Source: an uncultured Chloroflexia bacterium (GTDB lineage Bacteria; Chloroflexota; Anaerolineae; Anaerolineales; UBA4823). Taken from it: a stretch of DNA of 64,000 nt. Positions 10,577 through 19,643 of the stretch are shown one piece after another (positions within the stretch are counted from its first letter, which is position 1; every line of letters starts with the position of its first letter). The DNA lies in assembly GCA_963698765.1 (NCBI GenBank), contig CAVOSB010000037.1:90993-154992 (forward strand). Reading direction: 5' to 3'. The position numbers and the translations under genes were made by a program. The notes below the pieces were generated by a model, which saw only the letters and a list, made by a program, of their open reading frames with translations, was not told the origin of the DNA and ran no database searches.

Positions 10577-11071
10577 TTACCCGGCTGAAGCTTCTAAGTG
10601 TTTTTTTGAGGGTGGAGGCGGCTGCAAGCTCGTCAGCAATTTCACGATTCCATCAACGATCGCTTCCGGCCGGGGAGGGCACCCAGGGATATAGGCATTT
10701 ACCGGGATTACCTGGTCGATTCCCCCCATTGTGTTATAGCAATCATGAAAAGCGCCGCCAGACAGTGCGCATGAGCCAACTGCTACTACAAATTTCGGAT
10801 CATGCATCTGTTCGTAAATTCTTATTAAGCGATCTTTGGCCTGTCGTGTTACCGGTCCGGTGCAGACCAGAACATCGGCATGCCGTGGGCTCCCTTTCAA
10901 CTTTATTCCAAAACGCTCAACATCGTAACGTGGTGTGAGAGTTGCCAAGATTTCGATGTCACACCCATTACACGAACCGGTATTAAAGTGGATAGCCCAG
11001 GGGGAATTAATTGCAGCCCAAAGTTTTAGACGGTGAACAACGTCTTCAACCAGATTTTCAGATTCACTCAT
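10577..11071 (-). CDS. group 4 hydrogenase small subunit (NuoB/MbhJ/HycG-like)
   Basis: Cluster ligands are GSCNGCDIE, GSCALSGG and IPGCPPRPEA. The start at MSESEN (11071) is preceded by AAGGAG. Confidence 0.85.
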   Translation of the reverse strand: MSESENLVEDVVHRLKLWAAINSPWAIHFNTGSCNGCDIEILATLTPRYDVERFGIKLKGSPRHADVLVCTGPVTRQAKDRLIRIYEQMHDPKFVVAVGSCALSGGAFHDCYNTMGGIDQVIPVNAYIPGCPPRPEAIVDGIVKLLTSLQPPPPSKKHLEASAG

Positions 11072-11090
11072 GTTTGATCTCCTTGTGCGT

Positions 11091-11399
11091 TTATCCGATG
11101 ATAAGAGCGACCAGGGCAAGCATCAATCCGACCAGATAAACGATCGTAATCGAAGACATATCGCTGCTGCCCAACACCAGGACACCCAGGTGGAGGATCG
11201 CAAAGAACAACGCCACAACGAAGAACGGGCGGTAGCCGGGAGATGCTAAATGAGTGGGTGGCGCTTCTCCGCTCGAATAGGTGCTGGTTTTGATTGCGGT
11301 CAGCTTCGCTGGTCCAGCGATGTAGCGCCCGAAACCAGTCAACAAACCGACCAGGACAAGATATATCAAGAAGGCAATTGGTGGGCTGAAAAGACTCAT
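11091..11399 (-). CDS. small 3-TM membrane subunit, NuoA-like
   Basis: 102 aa with three hydrophobic segments. The loop YSSGEAPP...YRPFFVVALFFAILHLG aligns by eye with the NuoA YECG...P...F..A..F pattern. The assignment rests on this motif only. Confidence 0.55.
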   Translation of the reverse strand: MSLFSPPIAFLIYLVLVGLLTGFGRYIAGPAKLTAIKTSTYSSGEAPPTHLASPGYRPFFVVALFFAILHLGVLVLGSSDMSSITIVYLVGLMLALVALIIG

Positions 11400-11501
11400 G
11401 TTTACTTTCCTATTAGATCCTGTTCAGATTATTTGATGTATTCCATTTTATTCAGGTAGCTATGTTTTCCAGGTATCTACGGTAGTAGTGCAGCCTGGAA
11501 G

Positions 11502-12977
11502 CTAGAACAAATTCACCAAAGCGGTACCGGCTGGAATTGTCAGCCAGTTCATCAAACCAGGCCACAAGCCTATGACGATTACCAAGATTGCCAGGACCAC
11601 CAGTGGGATTTTCATTGTGCCTGGCATCCTGTTCCCTTTAACAACCGTCTCCGAGGGCTCCAGGCGATAGAGGGCATTGATCATGGGTGCATAATATGCT
11701 AGTGAGAATACACTGTTTATAGCAGCGAAAAGCACGAGAAGCTCAATCCAGATATCATGGGTTTCGAAGCCTGAAACAAAAATTTGCCATTTGGACATGA
11801 AGCCGGAAAGAGGTGGGATGCCGCCCAATCCGAGTACCGCAAGGCTGAATGTCAGTGCGACCAGAGGATAGCGTTTCGAGGCACCGTTCAGGTCAGAAAT
11901 CAATAAAGGATGGTGATCGCCTGAAGCGATGTGCAGCGTGTACAACAGGGAACCGGCTGCCAGGAAGGCCAGTCCTTTCATCACTCCATGGTTGAAAAGA
12001 TGAAAAGCACCGCCCTGCGCGCCGTTGAATACACCTAAATACACAGCCACGCCCAAACCAACCAGCATATAGCCAACATGAGTCAGGCTCGAATAAGCCA
12101 GCAGGCGTTTGACCTGTTTTTGGCGCAGGGCCATTAAATTCCCCACCATCATGTTAAGAACACCAAAGATCATCAAGAATGGACCCCACCAGGCTGTGAC
12201 ATCGGCCAGGGCGCCCAACGAGCGCAGCATGGCGATCAATCCCGCCTCAATGACCACACCTGAGAGCATGGCGCTTATTCCACTGGGTGCCATCGAATGT
12301 GCATCAGGCAGCCATGTATGCAGTGGTACCAGGGCGGTTTTTACTCCAAATCCGATCAGGAATGCAGCTCCAGCTGCCAGCAGCCAGGGAGAGCTTTCGG
12401 CCTGCCGGATTTCGGAAAGGTCCAGGGTACCAGTCTGTGCCAGAACCAGGCTAATTCCTAAAAGCACAAGAACGGATCCTGCAGCGCTCTGGAGCAAATA
12501 TTTTACCCCTGCTTCAAGCGACAAAGGCAGCTCGTGATAGAAGGCAACCAACAGATAAGATGTGATTGCCATGGCCTCGAACCAGATCCATAAATTAAAC
12601 AGGTCATGGGCGCAACCCAGACCGATCATCACTCCAACCATGGCAACCAGCATGGCGTAAAATTTTTCCTGGTTCGCTTCTTTTGACATATAGGGACCAG
12701 AAAAAATCACCACCATCGTTCCTAATCCAAGAGCTACTGCGGACAACAGCAGGCTTAATCCATCAAAACGCAGGGAAATCCCACCGTATGTGTAGGAGAG
12801 AAAGTCTGTGTTCTGAAGCTCAGCTGCCGCTAAACCGAACGGAATCCACGTCACCAGGAGGACAGCAAGGCTTGTCCATTGTGCTATTCGCCGGCTTCCC
12901 AGATGACCACTCAGATAGATCAAAGGGGAAGCTACCAGAGGGATAATAATCAACCAGAGGAAGATTGGAAACTCCAT
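11502..12977 (-). CDS. antiporter-like subunit (NuoN/NuoM/MrpD/MbhH family)
   Basis: Polytopic protein of about 490 aa with the proton-pump family core (HTWLPDAHSMAPSGISAML, LAYSSLTHVGYM). The start at MEFPIF (12977) lies 1 nt after the upstream stop. Confidence 0.8.
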   Translation of the reverse strand: MEFPIFLWLIIIPLVASPLIYLSGHLGSRRIAQWTSLAVLLVTWIPFGLAAAELQNTDFLSYTYGGISLRFDGLSLLLSAVALGLGTMVVIFSGPYMSKEANQEKFYAMLVAMVGVMIGLGCAHDLFNLWIWFEAMAITSYLLVAFYHELPLSLEAGVKYLLQSAAGSVLVLLGISLVLAQTGTLDLSEIRQAESSPWLLAAGAAFLIGFGVKTALVPLHTWLPDAHSMAPSGISAMLSGVVIEAGLIAMLRSLGALADVTAWWGPFLMIFGVLNMMVGNLMALRQKQVKRLLAYSSLTHVGYMLVGLGVAVYLGVFNGAQGGAFHLFNHGVMKGLAFLAAGSLLYTLHIASGDHHPLLISDLNGASKRYPLVALTFSLAVLGLGGIPPLSGFMSKWQIFVSGFETHDIWIELLVLFAAINSVFSLAYYAPMINALYRLEPSETVVKGNRMPGTMKIPLVVLAILVIVIGLWPGLMNWLTIPAGTALVNLF

Positions 12978-12978
12978 G

Positions 12979-14728
12979 TTATATACCCCAGGCAAGTACG
13001 ATGAGAACTATGACCAGGCCGCCGACAATCCCCACAACGTTCCAATTCAATTGGCCGGTTTGTGTACGGCGCAGTCCTTCAGAGATCCTTTGGGTACCCC
13101 GGATGATCTGCTGGTTTATCCACTCAAATCCGAAACTCTTCTCGGCAATTGTCCCAAGTGGTTTCAGGATCCTAGCCAGGCCAGTGATCCTGTCTCTCAT
13201 CAGCCAGAAGGTTAATCCGGCTGCAACGATCGCCAGTGCAACCCAGGTGGCTGGAGCAGTTAAGATCTCGACTATGAAAGTGATTGTTGATGCGGCGTGA
13301 ATTCTCATGGAACGGCAGTGTATTGGCGAGTAATTCGCTGAACGGGCCCACTAGCAGCCAGGTGAGCAAAGTGCCAAGGGCAAGCAAGAACAGGGATATG
13401 CGCATCCTGGATGGTGCATCGTGGAAATGGGCTTTGTTCTGCGCCTCACCGTAAAAAACCATCCATACCATTCTCAGACTGTAAAAAGCCGTGATTCCGG
13501 CCACCAGGAGCATAACCAGGTAAGCCCAGAACGGTCCACCTACCATCCCACCTTCCAGTAAGAGCTCCTTGCTGAAGAAACCATTTGCGATCGGGATACC
13601 TGCCAACCCGGCTGCGCCGATAATAAAAACCAGCCTGGTAAAAGGCATAAGTTTTCCCAGGCCGCCCATTTCACGCATGTCGCGGGTGCCCACGGTATGA
13701 ATAACAGCACCAGCTCCTAAAAACAAAAGTGCCTTGAAGACCGAGTGGCTCATCAGGTGAAACTGGCTGGCAAATACGGCTCCACAGCCGATGGCATAGA
13801 CCATGTATCCGAGCTGGCTGATCGTCGAGTAAGCCAGAGTGCGCTTAAGGTCATTGGCGACAACTGCCATGATCCCTGCCATCAAAGCGGAAAGCATACC
13901 TACCAACATTACAGCCGATGTCCAGCCTGGGACGCTTTCAAAAGCAGGGAAAAATCTAGCAAGCAGATATACACCTGCATTCACCATTGTTGCGGCATGG
14001 ATCAAAGCGCTAATCGGTGTTGGAGCTTCCATTGCGTCAGGGAGCCAGGTTTGGAATGGTAGTTGTGCGGATTTCGCTGCCGCGGCGATCAGGAATCCGA
14101 ATGCGATGAACCCAAAGACGTTAACAGGGATCGTATGAGCATTTTCGATGAAATCCGGGATTTGATAAGTTCCGAGATAGGAATATATGATCAAAGCGCC
14201 TATCAACAGGCCAATCCCGCCGACTTGAGTGATAATCAGCGCTTTAATGCCTCCCGCGACAGCCTTGGGGTCATCATTGTGAAAAGAGATCAGCGCATAA
14301 GAACAAAAAGCTGTGATCTCCCAAAATATGAACATGAACAGAAGAGATCCAGAAAGAACGAGACCACTCATCGCCCCAATGAAGAGCAAAACCAGTGAAT
14401 AGTAGCGGCCTAATTGGGCTTCACCTTTCATGTAGTCATTGGAAAAGATGACAGCCAGACTGCCCACCACTGAAGCAATGATCGTCAGATATACACCCAG
14501 GCCATCTGGAATAAGGGTAAAGCTGCCAAACGGTGCTCCTAAAGGTATTTCTACTACCGATGAGGAGGATGCAAAAGGTAAAAGGGTGACAGCGAGCACG
14601 CCTCCCAGCACCGCGAAAATAGATGCAAGTGCGTGTTGGAGGCCCGGATTCTTATCTCCAAGCCTCCATACACACAACCCGCCCACCCAAGGCAAGATTA
14701 TGACCGATAGAATTAACCAGGATGCCAT
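12979..14728 (-). pseudogene. antiporter-like subunit (NuoL/MrpA family) with C-terminal extension, frame break near 13302
   Basis: ORF 13172-14767 carries the NuoL/MrpA core (WLPDAMEAPTPISALIHAATMV, LAYSTISQLGYM). Its tail is nonsense. ORF 12979-13308 supplies TM helices, and the join is ...LPFHE/IHAASTITFIVEIL.... The start at MASWLIL (14728) follows GAGGA. Confidence 0.8.
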
Positions 14729-14732
14729 GTCG

Positions 14733-15044
14733 TTATCCTCGTAATTTCGATAGTTCTGCGACGTCAAGCGTTCCGAGTTGCCGACGGACCTGGACGGCGA
14801 GGGCCATTCCTATTACTGCAACGATTGTGTCGGCGACGATCACCGTTATAACCAGGCTTTGAGCAAGATTGATGCGATTGCTGATCAAGCCAGCACCGAT
14901 GATTGCCAGCATGACCCCTTTGACTAAAATTTGAAGGGCGATCACCAGTTTGATCAGGTTGCGTTTGAACAAAAGAGTGTAGAAACCCACTCCCAGCAGG
15001 CAGATCACTCCGAAGATCATTATGTCGACAGGTGAAAAGTTCAT
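14733..15044 (-). CDS. NuoK/MrpC/MbhG-like small membrane subunit
   Basis: 103-aa, 3-TM ORF of MnhC/NuoK type (LIKLVIALQILVKGVML...ITVIVADTIVAVIGMALAV). Confidence 0.75.
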   Translation of the reverse strand: MNFSPVDIMIFGVICLLGVGFYTLLFKRNLIKLVIALQILVKGVMLAIIGAGLISNRINLAQSLVITVIVADTIVAVIGMALAVQVRRQLGTLDVAELSKLRG

Positions 15045-15594
15045 ACTGTCTCCTTTTCCAATTCGGGCTGTCCCATTTGATCCAACTCAATATCTCGTTT
15101 TGCAGTGATGGCATCCGCCACAGAATGCTTGAGGGAGATTTAACCTCCGCCAGCAGGCCAATCAGTCCGAGGACGCCGGCAAATATCAAACTCACTTGCA
15201 CCACCATATCCAAGCCACGTTCCTGCCAGAAGACAGTGATGAAGGGAGGCTCCGTTGAAGGGATTGTCGTCATTGATCCTGGAATTGTGAACCAGGTAAA
15301 CAACCCGACCATCAGCAATATTAACGCCCCACCCAGCCAGACCGGTACATATGATTTCAATACTCCTGGTTCTTCACCTGCTATGCTGATCGCGAAGGCA
15401 AACAGGACTGTGACCAGCCCGGCTCCAACACTCAATTCAACGACTGCTACCTGGCGAGCGCCAAGCAGATAGAACAACACTGCCACCATAGCGCTGACAC
15501 CCGCCAGCCAAAGGGCTGAAGCAATCAACCCTTTGGCTCTGACAGCCATGATCGCAAAAATGATCGATAAGAGCATGAGTAATGCGTATAGCAT
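15041..15594 (-). pseudogene. MrpB-like (DUF4040 + MnhB; NuoJ-related) membrane subunit, frame break at 15139-15141
   Basis: The N-terminal part (ARQVAVVELSVGAGLVTVLF, then FWQERGLDMVVQVSLIFAGVLGL) matches the MrpB/MbhD-E pattern. The track ORF then runs as nonsense through the whole NuoK-like gene. The alternative frame reads ISLKHSVADAITAKRDIELDQMGQPELEKETV, ending in a TGA that overlaps the ATG at 15042-15044. Confidence 0.65.
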
Positions 15595-15607
15595 TGAATT
15601 CTCCTAT

Positions 15608-16162
15608 TCACGCCAACGATGATTCCAGAGTATCCTGCCCGCGCATATAAGTCTCCAGGCTTATCCCATAGAAATCTGCCATAGCCTGAGAATTCGCAGG
15701 ATCCACCCTTCCCCAGCGAGCAAATGCCAGGTCGCCTTCCAAGTTGAAGCGACCGTTGTAGGTTTCTCCATCAGGCATTATTGCCCCATACAGACGCTTG
15801 GCTTTTCTTAATTGCTCATCTGTCAGGTTTCGAGCTTCCTTCAAATTAGCCTTATACAAATCAGCGCCTGAGATGTCTGTATGGCTCAGATTTGCCCTTT
15901 GGAAATTAACGCGCGTTAGTTTCGTATTGGCCAAATTAGCCATACTTAAATCTGCGTTTTCAAAATTGGCCTGGTGAAAATCGATGTTGGAGAGATCTGC
16001 TGAAAGCAAGTCGACTCCTTGCATGTGCACATGGCAGAGTGGGACTGCGCGTAAAGAGCCGTCTTGCAGCCAACCGCGGACGCGCAGCTCTTCTACAGCT
16101 TGCATGACACGCTTGTTGTCAGGGCTGCGCAATTTATAGATTAGCTCAACTAAAGTAACCAT
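15608..16162 (-). CDS. pentapeptide-repeat protein
   Basis: 184-aa ORF. Its centre is a run of A(D/N)LxX pentapeptides: ADLSNIDFHQANFENADLSMANLANTKLTRVNFQRANLSHTDISGADLYKANL. Confidence 0.85.
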   Translation of the reverse strand: MVTLVELIYKLRSPDNKRVMQAVEELRVRGWLQDGSLRAVPLCHVHMQGVDLLSADLSNIDFHQANFENADLSMANLANTKLTRVNFQRANLSHTDISGADLYKANLKEARNLTDEQLRKAKRLYGAIMPDGETYNGRFNLEGDLAFARWGRVDPANSQAMADFYGISLETYMRGQDTLESSLA

Positions 16163-16367
16163 TTTTTGCCTCCTGAATAGTCATGAATTCTGAATCAGGT
16201 CCTTTATTCCATTTGAAAATTTCGAGTTGATTTATTATAGGAATGCTGCATCGCGGCTGGATTGCTACTTCCTTCACAATAGAGTATAGTGGCCGATGGT
16301 AACAGGGCTGGTCTAATTACGGTGACAATCTGGTAACAATTTCCCCCGTTTATTTTCCTGTAACTGG

Positions 16368-17046
16368 TTATTTTTGCAGGAAGATATATCCCAGGTTCGA
16401 GACGGTCTGGATGTATATTGGTCGATCCATGTCAGGTTCGATTTTCCTCCGCAGGCGATAGATCAATTGTTTGAGCATTTTGCGATCTCCACCAGATGGC
16501 CCCCAGACATAGTCGATTAAGGTAAACGTAGATACGACATGACCCGCATTTCTCATCAAGACTTCTAGCAACCGAGATTCAAGTCTTGTGATCTGGGTAA
16601 TTGTTCCATTACCTACCCTCAGCTCGTTCTTTGTGGAATCAAGCAAAAAATCACCAGCTACAAGCGTTTCTGGGATTTCCTGGGAAGCGCTAGCCCTCCT
16701 TAAAGACAGCATCAGCTCTTGCAACCAGCTCGCGAGGACTGAAAGGTTTGACCAAGTAGTCGTCAGCTCCGAGTTTTAATCCATCAACTACATCTTCTTC
16801 ATCGCTGCGTACACTCAAAATTATTATCGGGACATCCGATCTGGTACGTATCCATTTACAAACCGAAAAGCCGTCAAGTTTTGGTAAATTCAAATCCAAG
16901 ATGATCAGGTCTGGCGATTCGCTTTGCCACAGGTCAAGGGCTTCCTTGCCGTCGTGTGCAGTAATCACCTGGAAGCCTGCACGCCGCATTGTGAAGGACA
17001 GCACATCCGAGAGGGCGAAGTCGTCGTCTACAACCAATGCTTTCAT
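16368..17046 (-). pseudogene. OmpR-family response regulator, frame break near 16705
   Basis: The receiver (MKALVVDDD...[12 protein letters not shown]...[12 protein letters not shown]) lies in the frame of ORF 16690-17601. The winged-helix output (ITRLESRLLEVLMRNAGHVVS...LGYIF) lies in ORF 16368-16724. Confidence 0.8.
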
Positions 17047-17051
17047 AAAAT

Positions 17052-18218
17052 CTACCCGGCAGAAGGAATTGTGAACCAGAACATTGAACCGCCTTCTGGC
17101 GCTTCTTCTACACCTACAACCCCACCATGCTGTTCGATTATTACGCGTACCACCCACAATCCCAATCCCACCCCATCCTGTGCATTGGACTTTGCACCAA
17201 GCCGGTAATATTGCTGGAATATTTTTCCGTGTTTCTGGCTCTGGAATCCCTGGACCGTGGTCTGTCACCGATACTTTTAGCCAATTATTGTCGGCTGGAA
17301 TCACATTGATCAGGATTTCTTGCTGGGTAGGACCGTATTTACTGGCATTCGACAAGAAATTAACAAGAACCTGCGTTATGCGGGTCGGATCACAATAAAC
17401 TTGTGGCAATCCTTCTGGCTTCAGTATATTAAGCGCCTGCTGCCTGCGAGTGAATAATGGGGACATTATCCGCTTGGCTTCTGTAATTATCCTATCCAGA
17501 TCAGTGGTCCGAGGTGAAATGGAAAACCGTCCGGCTTCGATTTGGATGCTTTCCAGTAGGTTGTCAATCAGCGTCTGTAGACCTGTTACACTCAAATGCA
17601 CGGAAGTCAGCAGTGCTTCTATTTCATTTCTAGATAGGGAACTTAATCTCTTCTAAGAGAAATTCCACTGATGCATTAAGTGAGAGAGAGAGGGGTGCGA
17701 AATTCATGTGTGATATTAGCTAAAAAGAAAGCCCGAAGTTTGATTGCGGCATCTTCCTCACGTGAGTTCCTGGAAAATTATGATTGAAGAGTGCAGCTTC
17801 TGGACTTTGGCCTGATGGCTGAGAAAACCAGTATTTGATTGAGACTGGATATCCTTCCCTATGTTGGATCTCCGCCCGGTTGTTAGTAATAACGCCCGGT
17901 TGGGTGACCTGTCAACAGGTGCCTATATTCATCAAAATTGAATATTTCATGAATTGATTTTCCGCATATTTCATTGCGGTTCCAGCCGGAAATCTTCTCT
18001 GCACCAGAGCTGAAGTAATATATGCACTGAGAAGCATCGATCAGTATGAGCCCTTCGGATATGGCTGGTGCCAGCCCATCTAACCAGGTGATCAAGCCGG
18101 GAGGATCGATGCTCCTAAAGTTATTGATTTCGTGATAAAGATTGAGTTCGGACTCTGGTGGATCTTTCTTAACCAGCAGTCGTTTCACGGATGTCAATGA
18201 CTTTCTCCACAACTCCAT
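17052..18218 (-). pseudogene. PAS-HisKA-HATPase sensor kinase, heavily disrupted (at least 6 frame breaks)
   Basis: I traced pieces by hand in three frames. They are a PAS-like N-terminus (ORF 17883-18218), ...[67 protein letters not shown], then [10 protein letters not shown]...DHGPGIP, and after a shift [23 protein letters not shown]...[13 protein letters not shown] stop (17052-17054). The 5-prime end is uncertain. Confidence 0.7.
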
Positions 18219-18822
18219 TTAGTGCATCATGGCATTTCGAGGAATTTATCCCATTCACTTTCAGCATAACGCCGGAAAGTTCGGTGTTATCACCCTGAAA
18301 GGTGCCTAATGCGATAATATTTCCACCCGACTCGAATATCGCTCTGGTCACATTTGCCAGTGTCCCGGGGACGTTTTTCACCATCGCTGAGATGCGAATT
18401 CCAGGTTCGCGAGCAGCAAACATTTCAAGGAATATCCTGAATAATGTCGTTTCAGTGATAATGCCGACCAGTCGGCCTTCCTGAGTCACGGGCAGACTTC
18501 CAATTTTCTTATCTGCCATAATTCGTGCCGCTTCCTCGATTGGTGTATCAACATCCACTGTAATCACGTCAAGTGTCATTACCTGATCCACCCGAATTTT
18601 GCTCATCAGGTAATTGATCTCCCAGATGCTCAGACTGGTAACTTCCGAGGGGGAGGCTTCAAGAATATCGCTTTCTGACACGATACCGCGTAAATGGCCG
18701 CGATTGTCAACAACCACCAGCCGGCGGATATTCTCCTGGCGCATGATGTCGTGAGCTTCTTGAATAGGTAATTCAGGGTGAACAGTGATCACAGGATGAG
18801 TCATCCGATCGCCAACAAACAT
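18169..18822 (-). CDS. CBS-pair plus C-terminal ACT-like domain protein (AcuB-like)
   Basis: 217-aa ORF with two CBS repeats (MTHPVITVHP..., VMTLDVITVDVDTP...KKIGSLPV) and an ACT-like tail (IRISAMVKNVPGTLANVTRAIFESGGNI). Confidence 0.75.
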   Translation of the reverse strand: MFVGDRMTHPVITVHPELPIQEAHDIMRQENIRRLVVVDNRGHLRGIVSESDILEASPSEVTSLSIWEINYLMSKIRVDQVMTLDVITVDVDTPIEEAARIMADKKIGSLPVTQEGRLVGIITETTLFRIFLEMFAAREPGIRISAMVKNVPGTLANVTRAIFESGGNIIALGTFQGDNTELSGVMLKVNGINSSKCHDALNGVVEKVIDIRETTAG

Positions 18823-18950
18823 AATATGCTCCTTTCTTGAGAATTTAATATATCATCGGGTGGTGATAAATCCCGTGACATGCTCATGACAATTATGTTA
18901 TATTTTTCACAAAAGAATTGCTCGTTGCTTTTTGCGTCACGAACGAAAAT

Positions 18951-19643
18951 TCAAAATTCTTCGTTTTTATCTTCAGTCACGAGTGAATATCCCAGGCGGG
19001 GAATATTCTGAATATAAACCGGGAATTCCGGATCTGATTCCAACTTTATTCGCAGCCGGTGGATTAACTGGCGAACCATATCGCGATCTCCACCGCGTGG
19101 TCCCCAAACTGAATCAATTATCATTTCGATAGTCAAGACCTGGCCAGGATTTCTCATGAGCAAATCCAATAAACGCGATTCCAGCGCAGTCAATTGGACA
19201 ATTTTTTCCTCTGCAATTACCACCTCCCGGCGGTTTAAATCAAATTTTAGTTGACCTGATTCTCTAAAAGCCGTACTCGGAGAGCGGCCTGATCTGCGCA
19301 AAATTGCTTGTGCACGCGCAACCAGCTGCCGTGGGCTGAACGGTTTAGTTATATAATCGTCGGCGCCCAGCTTCAATCCTCGGACGATGTCGTCTTCATC
19401 ATCTCGTACAGTCAACAACAGAATTGGTGTGGAGGAAGTCTTCCGGATTTGGGCGCAAACCTCAAAACCATCAAGAATGGGAAGATTCACGTCAAGGATT
19501 ATCAAATCTGGATCTTCCTCCATCCATCTCTGAATTGCCAATTTTCCGTCATATGCCAGAAGTACCTCATATCCCTCCCGTCGCATGGTGAATGCCAGGA
19601 CATCAGCAAGGGTTCGATCATCGTCAACAATCAGTGTCTTCAT
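18951..19643 (-). CDS. OmpR-family response regulator (intact paralogue of 16368-17046)
   Basis: MKTLIVDDD...LILDVNLPILDG...KPFSPRQLVARA plus a winged helix (LTALESRLLDLLMRNPGQVLT...LGYSL). The ATG at 19641-19643 overlaps the kinase stop (ATGA). Confidence 0.85.
   Translation of the reverse strand: MKTLIVDDDRTLADVLAFTMRREGYEVLLAYDGKLAIQRWMEEDPDLIILDVNLPILDGFEVCAQIRKTSSTPILLLTVRDDEDDIVRGLKLGADDYITKPFSPRQLVARAQAILRRSGRSPSTAFRESGQLKFDLNRREVVIAEEKIVQLTALESRLLDLLMRNPGQVLTIEMIIDSVWGPRGGDRDMVRQLIHRLRIKLESDPEFPVYIQNIPRLGYSLVTEDKNEEF

Noticed and set aside
14764-15594. The 276-aa ORF overlaps the entire NuoK-like gene in another frame.
   Set aside because: Only the first roughly 150 aa are membrane-protein-like, and the rest is Arg/Ser/Pro-rich nonsense. 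A shifted frame ends neatly at 15041 with an ATGA overlap.
16690-17601. The 303-aa ORF looks like a hybrid histidine kinase with a C-terminal receiver.
   Set aside because: The segment between the G1 box and the receiver is out of frame. The shifted frame gives the normal G2 box and a stop at 17052-17054, followed by a separate ATG with its own gap. It is a kinase gene and a regulator gene fused by an indel.
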